Under the pieces are notes generated by a model. That model made no database searches. It saw nothing but the letters and a program-made list of their open reading frames with translations, and had not been told where the DNA came from. A DNA stretch of 64,000 nucleotides from Paraphysomonas bandaiensis (taxonomy: Eukaryota > Protista > Chrysophyceae): the NCBI GenBank assembly GCA_965644295.1, contig CBFFRP010000011.1, positions 65,719-129,718 on the forward strand, written 5' to 3'. Of the stretch, positions 14,199-26,919 are shown one piece after another. How positions within the stretch are numbered: the stretch's first letter is position 1; each line of letters begins with the position of its first letter. The position numbers and the translations under genes are program-made.

Positions 14199-14739
14199 AT
14201 ATAAGCCTGATTCCGCTACTGCGGATTTTTAAGGCTTCTTGTTACTTCAGTTGTTTATTCAACCAGACAGAAGTGCAGCACATGTTAGGCGTATGTGTAC
14301 AAATCATATGACTTGTCATGACTCTGTGATAGTAGCGTAGATGGTGTGCGATAGCTTCAAATTTATATAGTAATCAGTAAGAAACAAAGAGAATAATCCA
14401 GAGTACAGATCAGTGGTAGCACTACGCCGACGCAACGCCAGTCGAGTTTGTCTCCGGTTACTACTGCATAAACAATTAAAACAGGAGTGGTAAACCAAAA
14501 CTGGAGAATTTTACATTCTTGATTCTCATGTGGAAGACAATCATTTGCACTCACAAGAAAACATTCATACTTGGTAGTAAAAAGGTTTGGGATCTACTAT
14601 TGTACCAAGTCAATTTAGTGTAATTTCCTAGTCATACCAAAATTGGTGTAAAAATATAGTCATTATATAAGTATATTTCAATTTACAATGACTAGAGTTT
14701 TACTAGATGTGATTGGTATTTAATATTTAACAAATTAAG

Positions 14740-14862
14740 TGAATTGCAATAAGTAACTAATTTAATTAGAGTTAGTAAATTGGAAAGTAAATTGCAATTA
14801 TAATTGCGCGAACTATAACTAATAATTGCAATTTAATTACAATTAATAGTTACGCAGCCCTG
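14740..14862 (-). mobile_element. Probable orphan end of a hAT-like DNA transposon (CAGGG terminus with AATTGC/AATTAC subterminal repeats)
   Basis: Minus strand reads CAGGGCTGCGTAACTATTAATTGTAATTAAATTGCAATT..., the same layout as the element at 24291; no partner TIR or TSD found. Confidence 0.4.
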
Positions 14863-15309
14863 GTATTCACCTAGCCAGAAATAACATATTTACTCAAACA
14901 TGGGAGCATACTCTAACCATCAATTCATGAAAGTAGATATTGTATACATGCTTCTTGTAGTTAGTAGTTAAGAACCACGCGGTCATCGATGCATATCATT
15001 CATATACTGGGGGTGGCACACGTCCGTATTCTTTCATTCTCCTGGCCTACGGGTTATAATATTTGATGAGGGTTGCTGCAGGCCTGATTGATAATTAATT
15101 CGCAGCACAGCTAATAATAGTTGATTACTTATTCGTCGACAATATTAACTGCTTTTAACAAAGAGTTGATTCCCTAGTTGATGAAAAAATATTAACAACG
15201 AGAAATAACGGTATAGAATTGGTATTGTCTAATTATTTAATTAGCACAATAGCTATTCAACAAACACTTTCTCCTAATAATGCTTCACTGCAAAGCAAAT
15301 GCGCTGTTT

Positions 15310-18300
15310 TCACTTTCGCGTTATTCTATCTAATTCAGTATTTATACTTTCGAGGTTATTTCTTTCCAGTGCAATTTGATTCAAGGTTTCTTCGAGCATT
15401 CTTTCAAGGATCTGAGCCTTCTTTTTATCCTTGGCGGAGACAGATTTAGCCAGAGAACTATTCGAGTCCCCGGACCAGTAAGTCATCATACTGGCTGATT
15501 TCTCTCCCTTCTTCACCGGGTACTTACTGCCCAAACTAGATGACGACTTAGAAAACATAGACATATTACTCTTAGATCGATTAATTTTCTGGCTCTGTGA
15601 TTCGTTGGTGCTGGCGCTCGGACTAGAATCAGAGCCATCATCTCCAAATAACTTCCCAGCAGCATACGCCTCAAACATGTCTTGAACGGAGAGGTTTCCC
15701 TGGTTCCATCTACGTAATGCATCTTTCTCGGACCGTACGCGGCTGTTGAAAGAATCCGACCCAACCATGTCATAGCTGCTTACAGAGTGACGATGACTCT
15801 GTGACAAAGTATTTCGCTTCGATACCACTCGTTGAAGTGCCCTATCAACTGCTTCTTCAGTAGATTTATCATCTCCACCTGCACTGGTACCACTTTGTTC
15901 AAACTGATAGGTGCCCACAATGCGAAGGTGGTCCGACAGACGCACTTCATCAGTACCTTTCGCTTTAGCATCCTTATCTCGTTTCGCAATAAATGCTTGA
16001 ATGATGAATGAAAACATAATCGGAATTACAACAAGCACCATAAGTAGTCGGAATGTGTAAAAATAGAAAAGTGATGGCACACGCTCTGTTTGAGCAGCGG
16101 CGTCCATGATGTATGTCCAATTGCCCAGCATAGCCACATAGAATAAAGTGTACATGGTCTGAAGCAAAGTGTTAAAGTTGAACATATTTTCAAAGTTCAA
16201 CCATATGGCAGCATCGTCATCGGCGTCATCATTTACATGATCACTGTTAAACACTCCACAGAGGCGATTATAGCCGATTACTGAGAAGAAGTATACGAAA
16301 CAAAAAATAATGAATAGCACGCGCAGGAGTAGTGGCATCAGTGAGATGAATAAATCAGAATCAGATAAGTACCGAACCAACACAAAGTACCTCGCTGATT
16401 GAAATATGAGCAAACAAAAGTACTGTGTGCTATAGTATCCCGAGTCGTTACTGGTACCGAGCATGATCATAAACACCAGAGTTAGAATATTAAGGGAGAA
16501 TATATATCCAAATCCGCCGCGTCGGAAGTACACCATAAAGCCCCATGCAAACATAAAAAAAATCATTTCCATCCATAACAATGCCTCCAATACCCAGCCA
16601 AGGCGAATCCAGTGCAGAGTGTGCGATCGCCGAGACATGAACACAAGCTGTATGGCTAATAGTAGTTTGACTGCACAGAAAAAACACTCGAATGGAGAAA
16701 TATTCATGCTGCTATTCTTTGGAATCAGATAGGAGGGTAATAATCTATCCAGAGGTATATTATATTTAATCATTTGTACTGCTTTAAGACGCATAAGGAA
16801 AAATAACTTCTCGAAAGGAGTTGTCGACATCGAGCCAGCCGTTATGAGTTCCGTTTCATCAATAGCATGAACATCGGTGGATACCTTCGATGTACTTTCG
16901 ATGCGTGAGCGGTATTCCAACCTCGAGGGAATCTTTTGACGAGGAGTGTAAGAAGACGATCGTTCCTGTCGCACACTTGGGCGCGACATGCAAGCACTCT
17001 CATCAAAATTGTCTTGAGTCAAAGAAGGCCCTGTGCTGGGGTCACTGCGAGATCTTTCATTCCGCGATTCAGCAGATACTTTTTCTGGTGCATCCAAGAT
17101 AGGGTTGGAAATAAACATTTTTACACTGTCTCTTTTTTTCAGTGTCTCCTCGGTAAGACAGGAGCCATCAAAAGAGGATTTTCTGACATTTTCCTCGCTT
17201 TTCTCAATGGCAGCAGGCTTAGTAACATCAATTGCCACTCGAGCGGACAGTAGCGCAGAGAGGCGGAATAACCCAATGCAGTCGATACAATCAAAACTCG
17301 CTTTTGAATTGTCCTTTTCGCACTCCAAGGAGAAAAGTGCTTCTGCCAGCTGACAAGTTACGCTATACTTACCCTGAATATTTGAACAAAACCCGACCCA
17401 TGTATCTCGAGAGATAAATCCTCTATCATCACTCAGTAGGTCATGAATTGCGACAAAAGCCTGTCGCCGGTTACGCAATTGACGCTTAAACAGAACTCCC
17501 GAAAATTTTTTATATTGTCGATTTCCGACTGCTACAATGAGGTTAATGCAAATCAAATCTGCGGCAATAGTGAGTGCCATGAAAAATAATGTAGAGGTGC
17601 TGTTGACTTCATAATACGGGGTCAATGCGAGAATACTGAATGATCTTGAGGTGGCGCTCTGAAGGACTGTGAGCATCGTCTCGCCGAAAGTACCAAATCG
17701 ATCGCCATAGTTCACATCCACACCACGGAACACAACATACCCTAGAAAACTCCAGAAAAACTGAACCATTACTAAAAACATGAGTATAGGTATCGATTTT
17801 GTGAAGGATAGAAACAGGCCATGAACCATCTGTCGCATACTATTGCGTCGGGCAATGTAAATCATGGGGATGAGGCACCTCGCGAACCGTACAGGTCTTT
17901 GTGAAGCCAGAAACACAATTACATCAGCAAACAGTAGAGATGCACATATGAGACGAATCAGAATCCATTTGTCCTTATACACTGGTAAGCCGTTATTCCG
18001 TTCCTTGCCGTTGTTGACCACCAGACGCAATCCAATTTCGAAAATATATACCAATGTACAAAACAAATCGAACAAATTGATTGCCAGGCGAGGTAAGTAC
18101 TCTCCGTTATCTGTAGAAAACAGAGATATAGTTTCGTGGTCACGCATTTTCTGCCACGGGCAATATGGCTCGCCCATGAAAGGCGAGCATAGATGTAGAA
18201 AAAAGAGTACAGTGTAAACTTGAAGAAATCTCCTCGATCGAGTAATGCGATAACACTTCAATTGAAACTCATTCTAAAAAAAATAATTTAAACATAATCC

Positions 18301-18598
18301 AACACAATAAAATCATCTCAACTAACCTGTGGATAGTCTATCTTCCAACCAAGCACACCATCATCGAACCTGTGTACATAAGACATGCGTATAAACAAGA
18401 GGGAGCTACTACAATACACACACACCATCTGCCGGCTAAGAGTTCCTTCTCACTACTGCTTAAGTCACATTTTTGAGGTACATTAATAACAATGTCATCG
18501 TTCATAAGCAAATCAGCCCATTCCATTTGTAGTTTTTGTAATTCAGGGTCGATATCTGTCTGAGTGAGCATAACGGGAGGCTTAGTGCTGTCAAACAT
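15310..18598 (-). CDS. Two-pore-channel (TPC)-like cation channel with two 6-TM domains; short 5' exons plus one long exon
   Basis: 5' exons ..LAGRWFDDGVLGWKIDYPQ join the 983-aa ORF. Pore regions FGTFGETMLTVLQSATS and NFNTLLQTMYTLFYVAMLGNWTYIM, S6 INLIVAV, EF-like linker GFISRDTW. Confidence 0.8.
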
Positions 18599-19361
18599 TG
18601 TCACAATGATAATTGTTATGTCAGATAAATGCAAGTAGATGATACATTATAAATGGGATTGTGAAATATGAGGGATTTCGTTTGCATTAGTGTGTTATAG
18701 TGAGAGATATTAAAATGACTGGATTTCATGTGCATAAATTAACTGCAACAGTTAACGATATACAGTACAAGTATACGCTATACGCTATACGCCTATACGC
18801 TATACGCCTATGCCTATACCTGTATGCTACATGATATGATTGATATACAGCATCTGTACTGGAGCAATAGATATATATACATATACAGCAGCAGTAGAGC
18901 CAAAGATACCACAGATATGTAGTGTACTTTTGGACAGTATAACAGTACAATTTGTCTTCTCAACAGTACGTCCCAACTACAATAAAAAAACAACAACTAG
19001 GTTTTACTTACCGAACTTTTAGTACATGAAACTACATGATTTTTATATCAAAACAAAAATTCTCCTAAAAATCAGTTTCCGATATTCATATAAAGCCTTG
19101 TTTTTCATTGGCGATATATCGCACTGCTGCTGGTGCTGTCGTATACATGTTCTGTGGTGCACGATGAAGTAAAAAAAGAACAACAGTCAGAACAGCAGCA
19201 GTATACATACATACACTATGAAGCATCCAGTAGACTTTGATTATGAGATGTACGTACATACATACAAGTACCTGACTGTTGTAATGACTTGAACAGATCA
19301 CTCTTATTAACCAGATCCCACCTCCCTCTATACTTTAAACTCACCCATATCGGAGGAACAA

Positions 19362-20678
19362 ATGGACTGCAATTGTTCATGTAATACAATGTGCTCAAGT
19401 GCCGCATTCTTTGGCGGGATAGGCGTATGGTATGTATGGAGATCTTTAAATAAGCATACCCGTAAACTCTCCTCACCATCCACCTCCGCATCATCTTCAG
19501 AGTCACAATCGGGTGATGTGGGGTACACCAATGTTGAACCTCTTGCCTTACCTGTCATCGATGTTGCTGCTTTTATGAATAAAGTCAATAGACCGGATTA
19601 CTATGAGAAGGAGTGTGCTAAGCTCTCTGATGCCTTACAAATGTATGGCTGTGCAGTTATACGTGATCCTAGAGTGGATTATGACTTCAACAACACATTT
19701 TTAGATATGATGGAAAGATACTTCACACTCTCTGATGGAGTGAGAGGTGAGTTTATTGTTTCTTATTAATATATATCACGACTTATTTTCTTGTTACAGA
19801 TGCTCGTCCTCAGTATCACTATCAGGTTGGTGTCACTCCCGAGCGCATCGAACGTGCCCGGGATCATTGTAAGGCTATGGGAGCTTATCGTGGCAAGGAC
19901 AAGCCTCTTTCCCCTTGCCCACCTGAACTTGACGCGAAATGGCGATTTTTCTGGCGTGTTGGGCCCACTCCCAAATCCTCTCGCTTCCCTTCACTTAACA
20001 TGGATCCCGTAATCCCACCAGAAATTCCTGAGTGGAAAGATGTTATGGATTCCTGGGGAAGCAAGATGTTGGCTTCTCTTTTTGTTGTTGCGGAAATGGC
20101 TGCAGTCGGATTCGAGTTGCCATCTGACGCCTTTACTTCGCGCATGCAGTTTGGACCTCATCTCCTGGCACCTACTGGGTCAGATCTCAGCAAATACGGT
20201 AAGGCGCATCTCATCATGGGGGATGACCTTGATACTCATGATTTATTGTGCAGGCAAGAACAAGCAGGTTCTCGCTGGCTTTCACACCGACCTCAACTTT
20301 CTTACCATTCATGGAAAGTCTCGCTACCCAGGCCTCTATGTGTGGACCAGACAAGGTGAGAAGAAGCAAGTTAAGGTCCCTGATGGATGCCTCTTGGTGC
20401 AAGCCGGGAAACAGATTGAGTATCTGACGGGTGGTCATGTCAAGGCGGGATTTCATGAGGTTGTGGTGAACGAGAACACGCTGGAGGTAATCAAACGGCG
20501 CAAACAGGAAGGCAAGCCCTTGTGGCGTGTGTCCTCAACACTCTTCGGTCATATTGCTTCGGATCAAACCCTCGAGCCATTGGGACGCTTTAACACCCCA
20601 GAGGCAGTTGAGGTCTACCCACCAGTTTATGCTGGAGATCAAGTTCAAAATGAGCTCAAGCTTATCAAACTGCATTAA
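19362..20678 (+). CDS. 2-oxoglutarate/Fe(II)-dependent oxygenase (isopenicillin-N-synthase-like fold), 3 exons
   Basis: LPVIDV N-terminus, HTD..FLTIH, VPDGCLLVQAG, FHEV, WRVSS give the HxD..H and RxS motifs; introns ~19748-19799 and ~20199-20253. Confidence 0.88.
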
Positions 20679-21052
20679 TTGATATGTGGTAGTATTCTAG
20701 TTTTAATATCATGTAGTACCTTTTTTCCTGGGTGCTGTTTGAAGAAATATATGCGGCAATTATTGGGAAGTGTGTGGTGTCTAGAGAATAGTTGATCTGG
20801 TATTTCAATGTTTCAAACCCAATTCAAGCTATTTTTCTAGCCCTGCGAGTTATGTTACTTGCTTATCGAAAGCAATAAGTTTATAACAACTCTACTAGAT
20901 AATTTTGACACTTTCTTGCTCAACTAGAAGTAGTTAATGTTGATAAAATGTTTAAGCTAATGATGATGAATCACCGGCTTTAAATTATAGTCAACAATAA
21001 AATTTAATAACATTTATATAGCATAGTGCAGAAGCTGTGTAAATATTTCTAA

Positions 21053-22358
21053 CTAAGTGCTAACGAAACTCAGTAAACTGAGGGCTTCTATTTTCTTCTT
21101 ATCTCTAATAAATAGCTTCCTGAGATGCTTGTAGTTTGGCCTGTCATAAAACCCAAGGTTCATGATGTGGTCAAAATATTCGTAGAATGCGCCTAATTTA
21201 AGATAACATTAAGTATTAGTAACCTCGACAGCGATGTATAAGCAAAATATTAATTCACCACTACCCTTAACTATATCCACATAATATAATCCACCCACCT
21301 GGAAGAGTAGAACATATACTGCTGATGGAAGCTGTCTGCATAGTATGCACAAGAAGTTGGGGATCATTGCGAATACTTGGTGTATACCATGGAAGGTATC
21401 CACGTGCAATGTGGACGAGTGAATATCCCAAAGACATCATATCATCTCTGCGTGACCGTTCTGAAAATAGTAATAGATAAGCACAAATATGCGTGAATTC
21501 AAACTTACGTATGCCTATCATGGAATAAACAGACTTATATATGCCTGGGCGGCTCCTGTGTGCACTATCAGAATAGGGGACATGATTGCCGTCTGGAGTA
21601 ATATACGGAGCACTGGCGTCAAAATCTATTAGGTAGTAGCTGCACGACACCATTTTGCACATCTGCATCGACCCCGCCATATTAACAGGGCGAACATCTC
21701 GATGTATCAACCCTTTATCGTGGAATGATTCGAACGTTGTGAGCATAGAGATTGCTAGTCCTATAGCTTGGAGGACGGCATTATGTGAATTGAACAGCTT
21801 ACGGGGGATGTAGGTACTCATGCTAGGACCGACTCGTTCCATGGCAAGACAAGAGTAGTTTCCATGGGTGCCATACCACACCGCACGGCATATTCCCGCT
21901 GCAACACACATTAAAACGCGGGGTATATGTTATACTTCATTCAAAGTGTGTATACGTACGTGTGCTATTAAACTGGACAAGTGTTTTATACTCCTTCAGT
22001 AAAACTAATTTGCTCTCTTCGCCTGTGACGAATTTAACTGCAACAGGTTGAGATGTAGGTATATCCACTCCGGAATAAACCATTCCGAATTTTCCTCTTC
22101 CTAATTCTCTTCTTAACTCAATCTGTTGAATATATATATGAATATTACTGTATATATATGAATATATCATACACGTACACGTCCTCCGATAAGATCTTTA
22201 GTATGAATACTACCAGCGATCTTTTCTTTTGCAGAAGTGTAATGAAGTATCCCTAATGGTCACTGTATGTTAGTAGAGTATCGTATGTATCATGGCTATA
22301 TAGTTATACCGCTGAAGAGACTAGCAAGAAACACATACAGATGCATGCTATTAATCAT
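21053..22358 (-). CDS. Casein kinase 1-like protein with predicted signal peptide and altered catalytic motifs, about 6 exons
   Basis: LGRGKFGMVY, VAVK, AMERVGPS, HRDVRPVN, YLIDFD, SRRDDMMSLGY..RGYLPW, RPNYKHLRKLF are CK1 hallmarks; spliced N-terminus MINSMHLYVFLASLFSGILHYTSA. Confidence 0.8.
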
Positions 22359-24290
22359 ACTATTGATCTGGTGTAAGGTGTGTAGACATACTCAGTGAGG
22401 GGGTGTAATTGATGCATGTGTCCTTTAGTTGGAGCATGCATAGAGATCTGGACATATGAAGCAGCTCAATCCAACTGCACTGACCATATATACACGTACT
22501 CCTACTGTACCATATATACACACATACACACATACTGCTGTACACGCACCTGCTACACATACACTGCTGTATACATTGCTGTATACACTGCTGTATACTG
22601 GTATACCCTTCGGGTCTGTTTTCACAGTGTATACCACGTATACACTGTATACTGCATGTCCATTCAAGATCTCCTTTGGTGTCGAAATTTCCTGTCGCCA
22701 AAAAATTCTAAACAAATTTTTAAGAAACTAATTGATTGGCTAACCTTGAAATCTCAAACCTATCACATTACTCTTACCTAAAACGATAGGCTGTGAATAA
22801 TCGTTCGATAGAAGGTGCAGAATTTGTTGTTGGAATCAACGGGTACAGCAGTATGTATATATAGTTGAACAGACCACAGTATCAACATACAAACATAAGT
22901 GAAGTGAATATAATATAATCAACCAGTAACTGTAAACAACACTAAAGAAGAATGTTTCATCGAACACCACTTTATGCACGTGCAGTATCAGCTGCTGTTA
23001 GAAGAGGCTCCGATACTCCCTATCGATATCTACTGTGTAACCTACCTGGTTCATCCAAAATGTCAAGCAAGGCTGAGAGGGATATTCTTTGTACAAATGC
23101 TTACACGGATTGTAAAGTGAAGAGTACACCCGAGAGACCGTGGAACTTAAAGAATTCTCGACAAAAATCTATAGTAAGCTTTGTTAAAAGCGACCTCATC
23201 AACTTTCTGTTCGGAAAATAAACTATTCCTCTCCTTCGTGTAACTTCCGAGTCCTTTGCTCTCCTTATATATTTATAGATCGATTTAGTTTACTTCCGAT
23301 GTTATTCCAATGCAGAGCAGATGTGATATATATATTGGGCTGTGTTAAAGCCATTTCACATTACTTGTCATAGTGCATTCGTGTCAATATCTTACCTGAT
23401 GAAGTGCGTAATAATGTATTGCTGATTTGGCGTATGTTTTGTTTAGTTACATACCACTTCATTTAATATAGTAGGCTTAAATCAAGCTATGATGCGTCGG
23501 CAAGGGAGTTAAATAAAGAATTATGAGTATATGCCTTTCCATTTCTATAACGAGACAACATTGAGTTAGCTTATCAGCGATTTGAGTTTGTGATACTTGA
23601 AGTGATATAACCCTACATGCGATTGATTAACATCATTATTAGAGTTTTGTCAATGTGATAACTTCGTCTAAGAGCTGTATTATTTGTATATCGCAATCAA
23701 TATATCATTAGACATATTTGTAAATAGAGGCACGGTTCTTAGGTGATTCTACAGAATTAATATCATATTAATACAATTCATCATTTTGAATATTAGCAGA
23801 AGTCGCGACTTATATATACCTCATTCCTACAGTATGGCCATAGTGTAGGGTGTAGGATCTTTGGAACATCGCATATATCACCTTTTCTACCCTTCCGCTG
23901 GTTTACCAAATTGACTGATTCTGTGAGAGTCACGCTACTGCCCCATCCGTGTTTGCCATCACAAAGATTACGCGAGATTGTCATAGATATACGACTTAAG
24001 ACTTCCGCAAATTCTAGAAAAGCTATGTTCGATTTCCCAGCCTTGAGCAAAGACTATGCCGGATTTATCATGACCATGCATGACTCAGTATAGACCTAGT
24101 ATGGCATTGACTGAGCCCCCTACTCCTTAAGATGTGCAGGCTTTCACCATGTATGGACTATGCAAGTATTGTATATAGCTGGAACTTTCTTGGCGCCACA
24201 CAGAAAGAATACGCCTGGATTCTAATAAAGATCTATGCATCGCTTAGGTTTGCAGACACTAGGGCATAGGCAGTATAGTGTACTTTGTAG

Positions 24291-25090
24291 CAGGGATAGG
24301 GAACAATATATTGTATTGCAATACATTGTACAATATATTGCAATATATTGTAAAGTATATTGATTGGTGGACTAGTCAAATATTCCATCAATAGTGTTTC
24401 TGTTAAAAGAGCTCACAATACTATTGCAATATATTGCAATCAATATTATGTAGTCATATAAGAAAAGATTCTCAACTGTAGGGTGCAAAATGGATATAAA
24501 TAACCGAGAAATTGATTACAACATTACAAAGGATAATGAAGCTGATGTTGACTATGCGACTAAAAACCTTCAGTCAGCTCAAAAAATTAAGAAACGTAGA
24601 GATCCACGAGTCATTAACGGTTGCCTGGCCCTGGTATGTACTTCCAATACATGGGAACGTCTGTTCAGCACAGCTAAACATATTATATCAGTGTTGCGCA
24701 AAAGTATCCATCCTACTTAATATGCTGTTGTTTCTGAAAGCTATTCGACAGTTATGGCCGGATACTAGCATATATTTCAATTTATTCTGTGGATGAATAT
24801 GGTGATGTTGACGTCACCGACGATGACTCAGAGGATGAGGACGAGGTGAATTTTTAGTAGCTATAAGCAGCAGTTGTATTGGTTGTCATGTGATCTTAAT
24901 GACTAATACTAAAAATGAAATCTACGGATGTGTTTACCTACTGATTAGTCATACTAATATATTGCAATACATTGACAATATATTGCAATATATTGTAATT
25001 GTATTGTAGGACCGGTTTAAAAAATCCATCAATACTATTGATGGAACGCTATCTAACAATAGTATTGCAATATATTGTTCCCTATCCCTG
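24291..25090 (+). mobile_element. Non-autonomous hAT DNA transposon (800 bp) with TIRs and 8-bp TSD CTTTGTAG
   Basis: TIR CAGGGATAGGGAACAATATATTG at both ends; CTTTGTAG flanks both sides (24283-24290, 25091-25098); internal relic TSNTWERLFSTAK..RKS..LLFLK of the hAT dimerisation domain. Confidence 0.92.
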
Positions 25091-25868
25091 CTTTGTAGGT
25101 CCTTTGACAGTTCTAAGTTTTTATCTCTAATTAGACAATCTTTGATGTATTGGTTTTTGGTTTGTAGTTTATGTTGTTCGTAGTAGCAGAGGTATCTGTC
25201 GCTCAGGGATAGAGAACAATACATCTCAAAAGTACTGTTGATGTTAGTTGTTGCAATTTGTCTATACTATTACGATAGGCTTTGAAGCGCTTAATTGCAA
25301 TTCATGTATTTTATTGACATAGTATTGTCGACACATAGACACATAGAAATTTACTACTGGTTACGTAAATACGTAAATCACTCGTTCCGTTTTAGAATTC
25401 GCCTCTGTGCGTACAGTAACCTCATCACTGTAATCTTATATTGTAAATTATTTTTACTAGAAGTTTTGAATAAAAGCTCACCTGAATTCTTTTTACCTAA
25501 CACGTTCAATTTTGTTGTACACTTGTTACTGACACAACAGAAATAAAAACAAACACCATTAAAAACCATTTCAGTCTATGCAGATAGACTACTTTCACTA
25601 GTACTACAGACATTGGTTGCACACCACTTGTGCCTCCGTCACAGAGGAAAACCCACATACATTTCTCAAGCAACGTACTGTAAGACCAGGGCAGACCATA
25701 TATGCAGCTAAAAGGCACTTACGGGTACTATTGTTGATTATATTATACTTGTCAAGAAATGTTTGTGCAACTGCTACGCAACCAATCTCTACACAGACAG
25801 GTACCCCATATAAACGAAGAGTTCATCTACATCCAAGTTTATTCAGAATACTTATCAATTTGTGTATA

Positions 25869-26367
25869 TTATTCCTCCTCCTCCTCCTGTAACTGTGCAG
25901 CTTTCCACTTGGGCATGTATCGCAGTTCACCGTCCTCGTCTTTGGCAAACATTTTTTCAGTGTACCACTGGCCATACACAATGTCGACTCCAGCATCCAG
26001 GGCCTCTTTTCTGGCAAGCGCCTCTTTTCTGGCCCATGCCTATTCTTCATATTACAAAATAACAACTATTACAACATTTAATAACCTCAATGCTCCTGTC
26101 TTCCGTGTCAAAATAACAATAATACAAAGTCATTGCACCCGCAGCTGCCCAAATACCAAGATACGGTATTTCCCACCCTTCAAGACCTGCTTCCGGTGGC
26201 TTCGTGCCCAAATACGCTCCCGATTCATTCGTAGCGGGACGGTAGGCTACAGGGTCTTTTTTCCATATAAAATCAGGGTAGGGACTGCGCTCTTGAGTGC
26301 TAGAGCCACCAAACTTACGTCTAGGAAAGAAATTCCTCTTTGCAAGACTCCTTGTAACACGATTCAT
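25869..26367 (-). CDS. NDUFB11: Mitochondrial complex I accessory subunit, ESSS/NDUFB11-like, 2 exons
   Basis: Arg-rich presequence, LEGWEIPY, one TM helix, then D.SIE|AWARKEALAR after a GT-AG intron; matches the ESSS family pattern. Confidence 0.6.
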
Positions 26368-26704
26368 GTTATGTAATTAATTGGTTTATTTATAATGCAG
26401 ATATATGCAATGTGACAGCTTAGTGTCTACTAATTAATGAACCAGTCACCGTGTTGCGCACAGCATCATGCATATATCATCATACACTACATTACCACCA
26501 TACCGTACCGTACCACACCATACCGTACCATACCGTACACAACAGTATATGTACTGCTGTACATAGACGGTAGAAAAGTGTACTGGAGGCTGCAGTATAC
26601 CGTACATACCATATGATATTATACAGGACCAGACCAGTCTATGCTGCAGTTGTACTTGTAGCTTGGACTCGCACAATATATGCAGAGTACTTGAGTACAG
26701 TCAC

Positions 26705-26856
26705 TGTACTTGTCTATCTAGCAGTAGTGTACCTGTCTATCTAGCAGTACTTTACCTGTCTATCCAGCTGTGCTGTACCTGTCTATCTGGCAGTGCTGTA
26801 CCTGTCTATCTAGCAGTGCTGTACCTGTCTATCTAGCCATACTGTACCTGTCTATT
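26705..26856. repeat. 23-bp minisatellite (GTACCTGTCTATCTAGCAGTGCT), ~6.5 copies
   Basis: Copies start at about 26706, 26729, 26752, 26775, 26798, 26821 and 26844, just upstream of the GT60 ATG. Confidence 0.9.
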
Positions 26857-26919
26857 TGACCATATTACAAGCAGTCCGTATCACTATTAAACCCTTCACA
26901 TAAACCAATCCCGCCCACT

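Noticed and set aside
22952-24280. Short ORFs and coding-like sequence left of the hAT element
   Set aside because: No recognisable domain or consistent splice pattern; possibly a decayed element but not supportable.
26705-26856. 23-bp repeats as a CRISPR array
   Set aside because: Head-to-tail copies without spacers, in a eukaryotic context with no cas genes.
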